Positions 44,499-53,575 of a stretch of 64,000 nucleotides of DNA are shown piece after piece (positions within the stretch are counted from its first letter, which is position 1; each line of letters opens with the position of its first letter). Location: positions 76,417 through 140,416 of the forward strand of contig JAJCXY010000053.1 in assembly GCA_029263215.1 (NCBI GenBank), read 5' to 3'. The position numbers were made by a program, and so were the translations under genes. Source of the DNA: Acidimicrobiales bacterium (lineage in GTDB: Bacteria; Actinomycetota; Acidimicrobiia; Acidimicrobiales; Aldehydirespiratoraceae). The notes below the pieces were generated by a model. That model made no database searches and was not told where the DNA came from. It saw nothing but the letters and a program-made list of their open reading frames with translations.

Positions 44499-44529
44499 AG
44501 ATGCGGCGGGGTATTCCCCCGCCGCATCT
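44499..44529. terminator. Strong hairpin AGATGCGGCGGGG-TATTC-CCCCGCCGCATCT between convergent genes, a probable bidirectional intrinsic terminator
   Basis: A perfect 13-bp GC-rich stem, 15 nt after the SBP stop and 3 nt before the dehalogenase stop. It is followed by TT on the plus strand. Confidence 0.7.
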
Positions 44530-44531
44530 TT

Positions 44532-45410
44532 CTAGGGAAGCCAGGCGGCTAGAGCTTCACCGATCTCGTTCGGGCTGTCTTCCTGGATGAAGTGATTGCC
44601 GGCCACCGTTACCTCGGTCTGGTTGGGCCAGGTGCGGCAATAGTCGCGTTGGGGACCGGTGAGGATCGCTCCCGGCTCGGCGTTGATGAAGAGCTTCGGC
44701 ATTTCCGACGACGACAGCCATTCGCCATAGGCGGCAACGATCTCGACGACGTCGGCCGGTTCGCCCTCGATCGGAATCTCCCGCGGCCAGGTGAGGGTGG
44801 GGCGGCGGTGTTTCGGCTCGACGAAGGGCCGGCGGTACTCGTCGTGTTCCTCGGGCGCCAGGTCACGCAGGATCGACCCCGGCAGCACGGCCTCTACGAA
44901 GAGGTTCTTGTCGATCACCATGTCCTCACCGGCCTCTGAGCGGAAGGCCTCGAAGATCGGGCGGGCAGCCTCGGGCCAGGTGTCCCAGGTGACCGGGCAC
45001 ACGATGGACTCCATGTAGCAGATGCCGGCCACCCGGTCGCGGTAGCGGTTGGCCCAGTCGAAGCCGAGTGCAGACCCCCAGTCGTGGATCACGAAGGTGA
45101 CACCGTCGCCGAGGTCGAGTTGATCGAGGAGACCGTCGAGGTACTCGCGGTGTTCGACGAAGCGGTAGGAGCCGGGACCGGTGTCGTCGAGCTTGTCGGA
45201 GTCGCCCTGGCCGATCAGGTCGGGCACGATGCAGCGAGCCCGGTCGGCGACGTGGGGCACGATGTTGCGCCACAGGTACGACGAGGTCGGGTTGCCGTGC
45301 AAGAAGACGACGGCATTGCCTTCACCCCGTTCGTGATAGGCCATCTGCTTGCCGTTGACGGTCTTGTAGGACTTGCTGAGCGGGGTGGTGCCGAACGGTG
45401 ATGTGGACAT
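44532..45410 (-). CDS. dhaA: Haloalkane dehalogenase (HLD-II, DhaA-like alpha/beta hydrolase)
   Basis: 292-aa ORF. FLHGNPTSSYLWRNIVPH and VIHDWGSALGF are near-identical, from memory, to the DhaA halide-binding Asn/Trp and nucleophile Asp regions. Confidence 0.8.
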   Translation of the reverse strand: MSTSPFGTTPLSKSYKTVNGKQMAYHERGEGNAVVFLHGNPTSSYLWRNIVPHVADRARCIVPDLIGQGDSDKLDDTGPGSYRFVEHREYLDGLLDQLDLGDGVTFVIHDWGSALGFDWANRYRDRVAGICYMESIVCPVTWDTWPEAARPIFEAFRSEAGEDMVIDKNLFVEAVLPGSILRDLAPEEHDEYRRPFVEPKHRRPTLTWPREIPIEGEPADVVEIVAAYGEWLSSSEMPKLFINAEPGAILTGPQRDYCRTWPNQTEVTVAGNHFIQEDSPNEIGEALAAWLP

Positions 45411-45463
45411 GACGAGGTCCTCTCGATCTGGTCTTCGGAGTCAGAGCCTTGCACACTGGGATC

Positions 45464-46330
45464 ATGTTCGACCTCGACTCGACCCTGGCCGTACTCCTCG
45501 ATGTAGAGGTGCTGGATTCGAGTCTCTTGAGCGGAGGCGATGTGGCCGACTCGTTCAGGGTCGTTCTCGGCGATGGGCGGGTGGTGTTCGCCAAGACGAA
45601 GCGAGACGCTCCCACCGACTTCTTCAGCACCGAAGCCGCCGGTCTGCATTGGTTGCAAGATGCCGACGCCGTACCGGTGCCGACGGTTGTGCTGGTGAGC
45701 GATGATCCACCCCTTCTTGTCCTCGAATGGATCGATGAGGGGTCACCCGGGTCGAACACCGAGGCCGAGTTCGGGAGGGCCTTGGCCGAACTGCACAGGG
45801 CCGGGGCCCACACCTTCGGTCGTGAAGATCGACGCAGTACGGGGAGTCGTGGTCTGCCCAACGAGCCCTGCGACACGTGGGTCGAGTTCTATGCCACCCA
45901 ACGCCTCCTACCCTTGGCCCGTCTCGCTGTCGACGGTGCCTCCCTGCCTGTCACTGTGATCGCAGATATCAAGCATGTGGCCGACCGGCTCGAGGAGTTC
46001 GGTGGCCCGCCGGAGGCCCCGGCTCGACTTCATGGCGACCTCTGGGCCGGCAACCGTCTGGTCGACACGGTCGGCGACAGCTGGTTGATCGACCCCGCGA
46101 CCCACGGCGGTCATCGAGAGTTCGATCTCGCGATGATGCGGTTGTTCGGTGGGTTCGGGGCAGCCTGTTTCACCGCCTACGACGAGGTGGAGCCTCTGGC
46201 CGATGGGTGGGAGGACCGCGTTGCGCTGCATCAGCTCGCTCCCCTGATCGTGCACGCCGTCAAGTTCGGTGGAGGCTATGTGCCCGCCACCGAGCGGGCC
46301 CTGCGGGCCGTGCTAGACCGAACTTCATGA
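45464..46330 (+). CDS. Fructosamine/ketosamine-3-kinase family protein
   Basis: ORF 45449..46330, with either a TTG start at 45449 or an ATG at 45464. Contains LHGDLWAGNRL and the catalytic-loop region IDPATHGGHREFDLAM. Confidence 0.8.
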   Translation: MFDLDSTLAVLLDVEVLDSSLLSGGDVADSFRVVLGDGRVVFAKTKRDAPTDFFSTEAAGLHWLQDADAVPVPTVVLVSDDPPLLVLEWIDEGSPGSNTEAEFGRALAELHRAGAHTFGREDRRSTGSRGLPNEPCDTWVEFYATQRLLPLARLAVDGASLPVTVIADIKHVADRLEEFGGPPEAPARLHGDLWAGNRLVDTVGDSWLIDPATHGGHREFDLAMMRLFGGFGAACFTAYDEVEPLADGWEDRVALHQLAPLIVHAVKFGGGYVPATERALRAVLDRTS

Positions 46331-47109
46331 GAACTCTCAGACAGCAATGGCGTGATGGCGATTCCACCCTCGGCGGGTGGATCTCGGTCGCCAATCCGGT
46401 GGTGGCAGAGGCGATGGCACGGTCGGGCTTCGACTATGTGTGTATCGACACCCAGCACGGAGCGATCGACTACCCGGCAGCGGTCGACATGATTCGGTGG
46501 TGTGTCGCCGCCGACACCAGCACCATCGTGAGGGTGCCATGGAACGAGCCGGGGATAATCGGCAAAATGCTCGATGCCGGAGCCCATGGAGTGATCATTC
46601 CCATGGTGAACAGCCCCGAAGAGGCGGAGGCCGCGGTGCATGCGTGTCGCTACGCGCCTCGCGGCTCGCGGAGCTTCGGGCCGACGGTGGCGAAGCAGAG
46701 GATCGCCGACTACCCCGCTTGGGCCGGCGAGAACGTGGCCGTGATCCCCATGATCGAAACCCGCCAGGCGGTCGAGCAGCTCGACGACATCCTCGCCGTC
46801 GAGGGAATCGACGCGGTCTATGTGGGCCCGGCCGATCTCTCGCTGACCCTCGGGCTGCCCCCCGGCAACAACGACGGCGAGCCTGCGTTCGACGACGCCT
46901 ACGCCACAATTCTCGACGCGTGCGTCCGCACCGGTGTAGTGGCCGGCTGTCATGGCACCGGGAGCCTCACTCCAGCTCGGCTCGCCGCGGGATTCAGGAT
47001 GGTCACCGTCACCGCCGACCTGCTCGCCATGGGTTTTGGCATCGCGGCCGAACTCGACCGGGCCCGTGGGTTAGTCGGGGCCGGCGATGGCGACGGGGAT
47101 CTCTACTGA
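46327..47109 (+). CDS. HpcH/HpaI-family aldolase (2-keto-3-deoxy-acid aldolase)
   Basis: This is the C-terminal 260 aa of track ORF 45877..47109, starting at MRTLRQQWRDGDSTLGGW (ATG 46327, an ATGA overlap). Contains DYVCIDTQHG, VRVPWNEP, and YAPRGSRSFGP with IPMIE. Confidence 0.85.
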   Translation: MRTLRQQWRDGDSTLGGWISVANPVVAEAMARSGFDYVCIDTQHGAIDYPAAVDMIRWCVAADTSTIVRVPWNEPGIIGKMLDAGAHGVIIPMVNSPEEAEAAVHACRYAPRGSRSFGPTVAKQRIADYPAWAGENVAVIPMIETRQAVEQLDDILAVEGIDAVYVGPADLSLTLGLPPGNNDGEPAFDDAYATILDACVRTGVVAGCHGTGSLTPARLAAGFRMVTVTADLLAMGFGIAAELDRARGLVGAGDGDGDLY

Positions 47110-47114
47110 TCTTG

Positions 47115-48752
47115 GTGGGGGAGATCACCGTCTTCACCGCCCGGCGGGTGATCACCATGGATCCTTCGCGCCCCGATGGCACGGCGGTGGCGGTGAGCGA
47201 GGGCAGGATCGTTGAGGTGGGCGATCTCGGGTCGCTCCAACCCTGGCTGAGCCGTCACCCCCACACCATCGACGACCGCTTCGCCGATGCCGTCCTCATG
47301 CCGGGGCTCATCGATCCTCATCTTCACCCCGCTCTCGCCGCCCTCCTGCTCGCCTGCCACTGGATACCTCCCGAGCCGTGGGATCTGCCCCACGGTCGGG
47401 TCGAGGCCGCGGAAGGCAAGGATGGATTTCTCGCCCGGGTTCGCGAACTCCACGACTCGATCGACGACCCGAACGAACCACTTGTCAGCTTCGGTTACCA
47501 CGCTCAATACCACGGTGAGGTGCTGCGACCCGACCTCGATGCGATCTCCACCACCCGCCCGATCGTGTGCTGGCAAAGATCGTTCCACGAGATCCGCTGC
47601 AACCAGGCCGCGCTCGAGTGGGTCAACGCCGAGGAGGGCGCGGCATGGGATCCCTACATCGAGCTCGACTCCGGCCGCCTGTTCGAGACGGGGATGGTGT
47701 GGTCCTTGCAGGTCCTCGCATCAAACCTGATGGGCGACGGCCAGTTCGACGAGGGTCTGAGAGGGGTGAGGGAGCTGGTCCACCGGGGTGGGGTCACCAC
47801 CATCTGCGACGCCGGCTTCGGTCTGTTCGACATGGATGTCGAGTGGGAGTCGTTGGTGGCCGTCATGGGCGACGCATCCACGCCGTACCGCACCTACCTC
47901 ATGCCCCAGGTTCCGTCGGCCCGGTCGAAGTGGAAGGACAACACGCTTCAGTACCTGGAGCAGTTCACCGAGCGGTCCACCGATCGCATCTCATTTGTGA
48001 AGGCGGCCAAGGTGCTGGCCGACGGCGCTTTCATCGCCCAGCTGATGATGCTCGGCCCTCCTGGCTATATCGATGGTCATTCCGGTGCCTGGCTGGCCGA
48101 GCCCGACCGGCTCTTGGCGATGATGCGGCCTTTTTGGGAAGCCGACTACGACCTTCACATTCATTGCAACGGTGATGTGGGGGCCGCGGCCGCGATCGAC
48201 GCGATCCAAGTCTTGTTGCACGAGCATCCGCGCTTCGATCACCGCAGCACCCTTCATCACTTCGGGGTGTCCACCCAGGCTCAGATCCGTCGGATGGCCG
48301 GTCTCGGTGTCGAGGTGCAGGCCAACGGCTACTACCTGTACCAGTTCGGCGAGCGCTTCCGAGAGGCCTGGTTGGGCGACGAAAGGGCGTCGTTGATGAC
48401 CCGGCTCGGGTCGGCTCGCCGCCATGGTGTGAGCGTGGCGGTGCATTCGGATCTGCCGATGGCGCCGGTGCGGCCCCTGCTCGCGGCCCAGGCCATCGCC
48501 ACCCGTCGCACTCGAGAGGGCACTGTGATGGGACTCGAGGAGGCGGTCTCACTCGACGACGCTCTGGCTTCAATCACCATCGAGGCCGCCTACCAGATGC
48601 GTATGGACTACGAGATAGGAAGTCTGGCTTCGGGCAAGCTGGCCGACATGGTTGCCCTCGATGCCGATCCGTACGAGGTCGGTGCGGAAGGGCTCGGCTC
48701 GATCGGGATCCTCGCCACCGTGGTGGGTGGTGAGGTCTTCGACCTCCCGTGA
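47115..48752 (+). CDS. Metal-dependent amidohydrolase (YtcJ-like, amidohydrolase_3)
   Basis: This is the 3' part of track ORF 46377..48752, with the start at TTG 47112 or GTG 47115. Contains PGLIDPHLHP, IHCNGD, VHSD, and a C-terminal LADMVALDADP. Confidence 0.8.
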   Translation: MGEITVFTARRVITMDPSRPDGTAVAVSEGRIVEVGDLGSLQPWLSRHPHTIDDRFADAVLMPGLIDPHLHPALAALLLACHWIPPEPWDLPHGRVEAAEGKDGFLARVRELHDSIDDPNEPLVSFGYHAQYHGEVLRPDLDAISTTRPIVCWQRSFHEIRCNQAALEWVNAEEGAAWDPYIELDSGRLFETGMVWSLQVLASNLMGDGQFDEGLRGVRELVHRGGVTTICDAGFGLFDMDVEWESLVAVMGDASTPYRTYLMPQVPSARSKWKDNTLQYLEQFTERSTDRISFVKAAKVLADGAFIAQLMMLGPPGYIDGHSGAWLAEPDRLLAMMRPFWEADYDLHIHCNGDVGAAAAIDAIQVLLHEHPRFDHRSTLHHFGVSTQAQIRRMAGLGVEVQANGYYLYQFGERFREAWLGDERASLMTRLGSARRHGVSVAVHSDLPMAPVRPLLAAQAIATRRTREGTVMGLEEAVSLDDALASITIEAAYQMRMDYEIGSLASGKLADMVALDADPYEVGAEGLGSIGILATVVGGEVFDLP

Positions 48753-48762
48753 GGCGGTCGGC

Positions 48763-49686
48763 ATGAGCACTGTGCCCTACCCGGACTTGATCCCCATGAC
48801 GGTGATCGGGGGTTGGCTCGGCTCGGGCAAGACCACCCTTCTCAATCGCCTGCTGACCGAAGCCGACGAACGCATCGCGGTGGTGGTCAACGATGTGGGC
48901 GACATCAATATCGATGCCGGCCTCATCGACAGTCACCACGACACGATCATCGAACTGACCAACGGCTGCATCTGCTGCTCGATCGGGGGAAGTTTGGCGA
49001 TCACTTTGCGCGACCTCACGGTCCGGGATCCGCCTCCCGAGCGCATCGTGGTGGAGGCGAGCGGGGTGGCCCGGCCCGGGCAGGTGGCCCGCTACGGCGA
49101 TCGCATGGTGGTGCCGATCGACTCGATCGTGGTGGTGGCCGACGCTGTCGACATCAGGCGTCGTGTCGGCGACCACACCTACGGAGGCCTGGCCCGTGAC
49201 CAGCTCGCCGACGCCGACCTGATAGTGATCTCGAAGACTGATTTGCTGGAACCGACGGCCGCGGCCGATGTGGCGGACTGGATTCGCTCGGAGTGGCCCG
49301 AGGTGCCGACGGTGCGTGTTGATGCCGACTCGGGTTGGGCGGTGGCGGTGCTCGCTGGAGGCATCCAGCATCGCGATGGAGGGTCGGTGGCGACATCCAC
49401 GCCCGCTATTCACACGGCCACCGTCGGCCTGGCGGCCGGTCTCGATCCGAGGGTGCTCCGAACTGTGCTCGAGGAGGCGCCACCCGAGATCCTGAGAGTG
49501 AAGGGCTTCGTCGCCGACCCCGGATCAGCGGGAGGAATGATCGCCGTCCATCTCGCTGGGCGTCGGGTGAGCTTCGATCCGATCGAGCCGAGCGGAGCGG
49601 TCGAGCTGGGTCGATTGGTGATGATCGCCAGCGATTTGCGGGCTATCGATGAGTTGGCTGCCCGGCTCCGCACTTCAGGGCTCTGA
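48763..49686 (+). CDS. CobW/COG0523-family GTPase (putative metallochaperone)
   Basis: ORF 48652..49686, with the start placed at MSTVPYPDLIPMTVIGGWLGSGKTTLL (ATG 48763). It has a P-loop and the GCICCS metal-binding CxCC motif. Confidence 0.85.
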   Translation: MSTVPYPDLIPMTVIGGWLGSGKTTLLNRLLTEADERIAVVVNDVGDINIDAGLIDSHHDTIIELTNGCICCSIGGSLAITLRDLTVRDPPPERIVVEASGVARPGQVARYGDRMVVPIDSIVVVADAVDIRRRVGDHTYGGLARDQLADADLIVISKTDLLEPTAAADVADWIRSEWPEVPTVRVDADSGWAVAVLAGGIQHRDGGSVATSTPAIHTATVGLAAGLDPRVLRTVLEEAPPEILRVKGFVADPGSAGGMIAVHLAGRRVSFDPIEPSGAVELGRLVMIASDLRAIDELAARLRTSGL

Positions 49687-49704
49687 GCGGCCTTTGGTAG
49701 CGTC

Positions 49705-50490
49705 GTGGCCATGGCTGAATACGAACGGATCAGGGTCGAGCGAGACGGGTCGGTCATCACCCTCACGTTGGCCAATCCCCAACGGCGCAACACGCTGGCT
49801 CATCCCGCCCTCCTCGAGATCACCGCCGCGCTCGAAGAGGCCGCCACCAGCGACGCTCTGGCGGTGGTGATCGCGGCCGAGGGGCCCGTCTTCTCATCGG
49901 GTCACGACTTCGTCGACCTGCTCGGGGCCGACGAGGAGACCGCGCGTGAGATCTTCGACGACTGCAGCCACATGATGAACCTCGTCCAGCAGATCCCCCA
50001 GGTGGTTGTGGCGAAGGTCCACGCCCTGGCCACGGCGGCGGGTTGCCAGCTGGTAGCGACCTGTGATCTGGCCGTGGCGGCGGAGTCCGCTTCGTTCCAG
50101 GCTCCCGGTGGAAAGGGTGGACTGTTCTGCCATACCCCGATGGTCGCCATCGCCCGTGCGGTTGGCACGAAGAAGGGGTTGGAGATGGCTCTCACCGGCG
50201 ACCCGATCTCGGCTCAGACGGCTTGCGACTGGGGTCTCGTCAATCGGGTGGTCGCCGACGACGACCTGGATGCCGCTACTGCCGATCTCGTGGCCCGGGC
50301 CACCCGGGGTAGCGCAGGTTCCAAGGCGATCGGGAAGAGCGCCTACTACGCCCAGGTCGACATGAACCAGCCTGATGCCTACGACTATGCGACCGACGTG
50401 ATGGCCCGAGGGGTGGTAGCACCCGACGGTCAGGAGGGCATCGCCAGCTTCGTCGAGAAACGTCGTCCTGTTTGGCCCTCCGGGGCGTGA
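49705..50490 (+). CDS. Enoyl-CoA hydratase/isomerase (crotonase) family protein
   Basis: 261-aa ORF, with the start at GTG 49705 or ATG 49711. Contains VFSSGHDF and the oxyanion-hole regions ALATAAGCQLV, plus EGIASFVEKR. Confidence 0.85.
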   Translation: MAMAEYERIRVERDGSVITLTLANPQRRNTLAHPALLEITAALEEAATSDALAVVIAAEGPVFSSGHDFVDLLGADEETAREIFDDCSHMMNLVQQIPQVVVAKVHALATAAGCQLVATCDLAVAAESASFQAPGGKGGLFCHTPMVAIARAVGTKKGLEMALTGDPISAQTACDWGLVNRVVADDDLDAATADLVARATRGSAGSKAIGKSAYYAQVDMNQPDAYDYATDVMARGVVAPDGQEGIASFVEKRRPVWPSGA

Positions 50491-51422
50491 GCGAAGCGCC
50501 ATTGAGGGTCGGGGTGAGCACCTCGCTCGCCCTCTGGACCAAGCCCCTCGAGGATCGCCGTGCGGTTCTCTCGATGGTGGCCGACGCCGGTCTCGACCAC
50601 ATCTTCGTCGCCGACCATGTGAGTTTTCGCGATGGCAGCGGCAAGGACGGACTGATCCAGGCCACGGGGCTGGCCAACCTACATCCCACCCTCGGGATCT
50701 ATGCCGGGGTCTACCTGCTCGCCCTGCGCCATCCGATGCTGGTGGCCCGCCAACTCAGCGACCTCGCGCTCATGGCACCGGGTCGGGTGTCGTTCGGTGT
50801 CGGAGTTGGGGGCGACGACCGCCATGAGATCGAGCTGTGCGGGGTTGATCCGACATCGAGAGGTCGCCGTACCGATGAGGCGTTGGAGGTACTTTCGCGC
50901 CTGCTGGCCGGGGAGACGGTCGAGCACCACGGAGAATTTTTCGACCTGAGTGACGCACGGATCGTGCCTACCCCGAGCGAACCCATACCGATCTATGTCG
51001 GTGGCCGAGCTGATGCCGCCATCGAGCGGGCGGCGCGCCGGGGAGATGGTTGGCTGGCTGCGTGGACCTCGCCTCACCGCTATGGCGAAGCGGTCGCCCA
51101 GTTCGCCGATCTAGCCGGATCGTTTGGGCGTCCGGACGCACGGGATCATGGTCTTCAGTGCTGGCTCGGCATCGGAGCCGACCGGGCCGAGGCCCGTGCC
51201 CTGGTGGCCAATGCAATGTTCGATTTCTACCGGGTGCCCTTCGAGGCCTTCGAGCGCTATACGCCTCACGGCTCGATCGACGGCATCGTCGAGCAGCTCG
51301 CGGCCTATCTCGGGGCAGGTTGTCGCCACTTCAACCTCACGCCGTGCGCGGCGACCGAGGCCGATGGCATCGAGGCGGTAGCGGAGATCAAACGCCGACT
51401 TGTAGCAATCGACACGTCTTGA
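50487..51422 (+). CDS. LLM-class F420-dependent oxidoreductase
   Basis: ORF 50472..51422. The start is uncertain: TTG at 50472, or GTG at 50487 with a GTGA overlap. Contains DHIFVADHVSF and GRVSFGVGVGGD. Confidence 0.75.
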   Translation: MSEAPLRVGVSTSLALWTKPLEDRRAVLSMVADAGLDHIFVADHVSFRDGSGKDGLIQATGLANLHPTLGIYAGVYLLALRHPMLVARQLSDLALMAPGRVSFGVGVGGDDRHEIELCGVDPTSRGRRTDEALEVLSRLLAGETVEHHGEFFDLSDARIVPTPSEPIPIYVGGRADAAIERAARRGDGWLAAWTSPHRYGEAVAQFADLAGSFGRPDARDHGLQCWLGIGADRAEARALVANAMFDFYRVPFEAFERYTPHGSIDGIVEQLAAYLGAGCRHFNLTPCAATEADGIEAVAEIKRRLVAIDTS

Positions 51423-51709
51423 TGGGCGACTCGATCCGGTTGTGGGTGCGGGTGAAGCCAGGATCCTCGCGCTCCGGTGTCGGCGGTGAGTGGGGCGACG
51501 ATCCACCCCGGCTGGTTGTGGCGGTGCAGGCCAGGGCGGTTGACGGCGAAGCCAACAAGGCCGTTGTCGAGGCGGTGGCCAAGGCACTCGGGGTTTCGCG
51601 TCGTAGTGTGCGGATCGTTACCGGCTCCAAGAGTCGGTCGAAGGTGTTGGAGATAGACGCGGTGACCGCCGAAACTGTCGCCCTGATAGGGGAGCTTCAG
51701 AAATCATGA
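51422..51709 (+). CDS. DUF167 (YggU-like) family protein
   Basis: This is the last 95 aa of track ORF 51050..51709, starting at MGDSIRLWVRVKPGSSRS. Contains AVDGEANKAVVEAVAKALGVSRRSVRIVTGSKSRSK, which is diagnostic of DUF167. Confidence 0.8.
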   Translation: MGDSIRLWVRVKPGSSRSGVGGEWGDDPPRLVVAVQARAVDGEANKAVVEAVAKALGVSRRSVRIVTGSKSRSKVLEIDAVTAETVALIGELQKS

Positions 51710-52167
51710 CCGGATGGCACCTCGCCCAGCTCAACCTTGCCCGGATGCGTCACGATCTCGACGACCCGCGTATGGCCGGATTCGTCGACAACCTCGAGCG
51801 GATAAATCAGCTCGGCGATGAATCGCCGGGTTTCGTCTGGAGATATCAGGATGAGAGTGGCGCGGCCACCGACACACGCGCCTTCGACGACGATGATGTA
51901 CTGCTCAACCTCACTGTGTGGGAGTCGGTGGAGGATTTGCGGGCCTATGTGGTGGATAGCGAGCACGTCAACTTCATCCGTCGTCGACTCGAGTGGTTCG
52001 ACCGGGTCGGCACCCTTCCGGGACTCACCATGTGGTGGATCCCGGCCGACACCCTGCCGTCGATCGCCGATGCGGTCGAACGGTGCCAGCATCTGCATGA
52101 TCACGGCCCCAGCGAGCACGCGTTCACGTTCAGGGATTCGTTCGACGCTCCGGAGTCGGTGACCTGA
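51706..52167 (+). CDS. DUF3291 domain protein
   Basis: 153-aa ORF with an ATGA overlap. LAQLNLARMRHDLDDPRMAGFVDNLERIN and NLTVWESVEDLRAYV match my memory of DUF3291. Confidence 0.7.
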   Translation: MTGWHLAQLNLARMRHDLDDPRMAGFVDNLERINQLGDESPGFVWRYQDESGAATDTRAFDDDDVLLNLTVWESVEDLRAYVVDSEHVNFIRRRLEWFDRVGTLPGLTMWWIPADTLPSIADAVERCQHLHDHGPSEHAFTFRDSFDAPESVT

Positions 52168-52226
52168 CCGCTTCCGCGATGTGGAAGTCATTGTCAACGG
52201 CTTCCACATCGTGACACAATCGACGC

Positions 52227-53573
52227 ATGGATCTGGCGCCGGAAGTGAACGAGTTCATCCACGAGCTGCGCATCGGCGATCTACCCGACTCCGTGGCGGC
52301 CATGGGGCGGCGCTGCCTGCTCGACCTCCTGGGGGTAGGGGCCGCGGGCACCCGTACCCCGCTGGGGGTGATGATCTCCGACCATGCCGCGGGCCATTTC
52401 GGGGCCGGGTCGCACTCTGCGCCGATCTTGTTCGACGGTCGGATGGTGAGCCCTGCCGGCGCCGCGCTCGCGGGCGGAATGACCATCGACTCCATCGATG
52501 CCCACGACGGCCACCGACTCACGAAAGGCCACGCGGGGTGTGGCGTGCTGCCGGCCCTTCTCGCGTTCACCAGCGCCGAAGGCATCACTGACGGCGACGA
52601 CTTTCTCGCCGGCCTCGTGGTCGGCTATGAGATCGCCATTCGGGCCGGGATAGCCCTGCACCGCACCGCCTGCGACTACCACACGTCCGGAGCATGGGTT
52701 GCGGTGGGTGCGGCCGCTCTCGGCAGCCGAATCCTCGGACTCGACCCCGGGCAAACCGCGGAGGCCATCGGTATCGCCGAATACCACGGCCCTCGCAGCC
52801 AGATGATGCGCTGCATCGATCACCCCACCATGCTGAAGGACGGTTCGGGTTGGGGGGCGATGGCGGGCGTCTCGGCCGCCTACCTGGCCGCCGACGGCTT
52901 CACGGGGGCACCGGCGATCACCGTCACCGCCCCCGAGGTGGCCGACCTGTGGGCCGACCTCGGCTCGGAGTGGCTGATCACCGACCAGTACTTCAAGCCC
53001 CACCCCGTGTGTCGTTGGGCTCAGCCGGCCGTCGAGGCCACGCTGGAGCTGTGCCGCGCTCACGACCTCGGCGAGTCCGATGTCGCCCGGATCGAGGTGG
53101 CCACCTTCCATGAAGCGGCCCGGCTGGCGATGCGTCACCCCGCCAACACCGAGCAAGCCCAATACAGCCTGCCTTTCCCGGTTGCGGCAGCTCTGGCGAG
53201 GGGCCGCCTCGGTGCCGAGGAGATCGCGGCCGATGCGCTCCACGACCCGATCATCGCCCGTATCGCCGACTCGGTGGTGATCACCGAGGACCAGGCCCAC
53301 AACGACGCCTTCCCGGCCGAACGGTTCGCACGGGTGGCACTGGTGCTCAGCGACGGCTCTCGTGTCGAGTCGCTCGACACCGAAGCACGCGGTGATCATC
53401 ACATCCCGTTGTCCGATGCCGAGATCCACCGCAAGTTCCACGAACTCACCACTCCGGTCTTGGGGGAGGAGCGGGCGGCGGCGATCGATGCCCTGGTCGA
53501 GGGGATCGGCGCGGGTGGCAGGCTGACCGACCTGCTCGACCTGATTCTCACTCCGGTCGAAGGCGGGGTCTGA
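52227..53573 (+). CDS. MmgE/PrpD-family protein (2-methylcitrate dehydratase-like)
   Basis: 448-aa ORF. The N-terminal LPDSVAAMGRRCLLDLLGVGAAG is typical of PrpD-family proteins. A C-terminal domain is present. Confidence 0.8.
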   Translation: MDLAPEVNEFIHELRIGDLPDSVAAMGRRCLLDLLGVGAAGTRTPLGVMISDHAAGHFGAGSHSAPILFDGRMVSPAGAALAGGMTIDSIDAHDGHRLTKGHAGCGVLPALLAFTSAEGITDGDDFLAGLVVGYEIAIRAGIALHRTACDYHTSGAWVAVGAAALGSRILGLDPGQTAEAIGIAEYHGPRSQMMRCIDHPTMLKDGSGWGAMAGVSAAYLAADGFTGAPAITVTAPEVADLWADLGSEWLITDQYFKPHPVCRWAQPAVEATLELCRAHDLGESDVARIEVATFHEAARLAMRHPANTEQAQYSLPFPVAAALARGRLGAEEIAADALHDPIIARIADSVVITEDQAHNDAFPAERFARVALVLSDGSRVESLDTEARGDHHIPLSDAEIHRKFHELTTPVLGEERAAAIDALVEGIGAGGRLTDLLDLILTPVEGGV

Positions 53574-53575
53574 CC

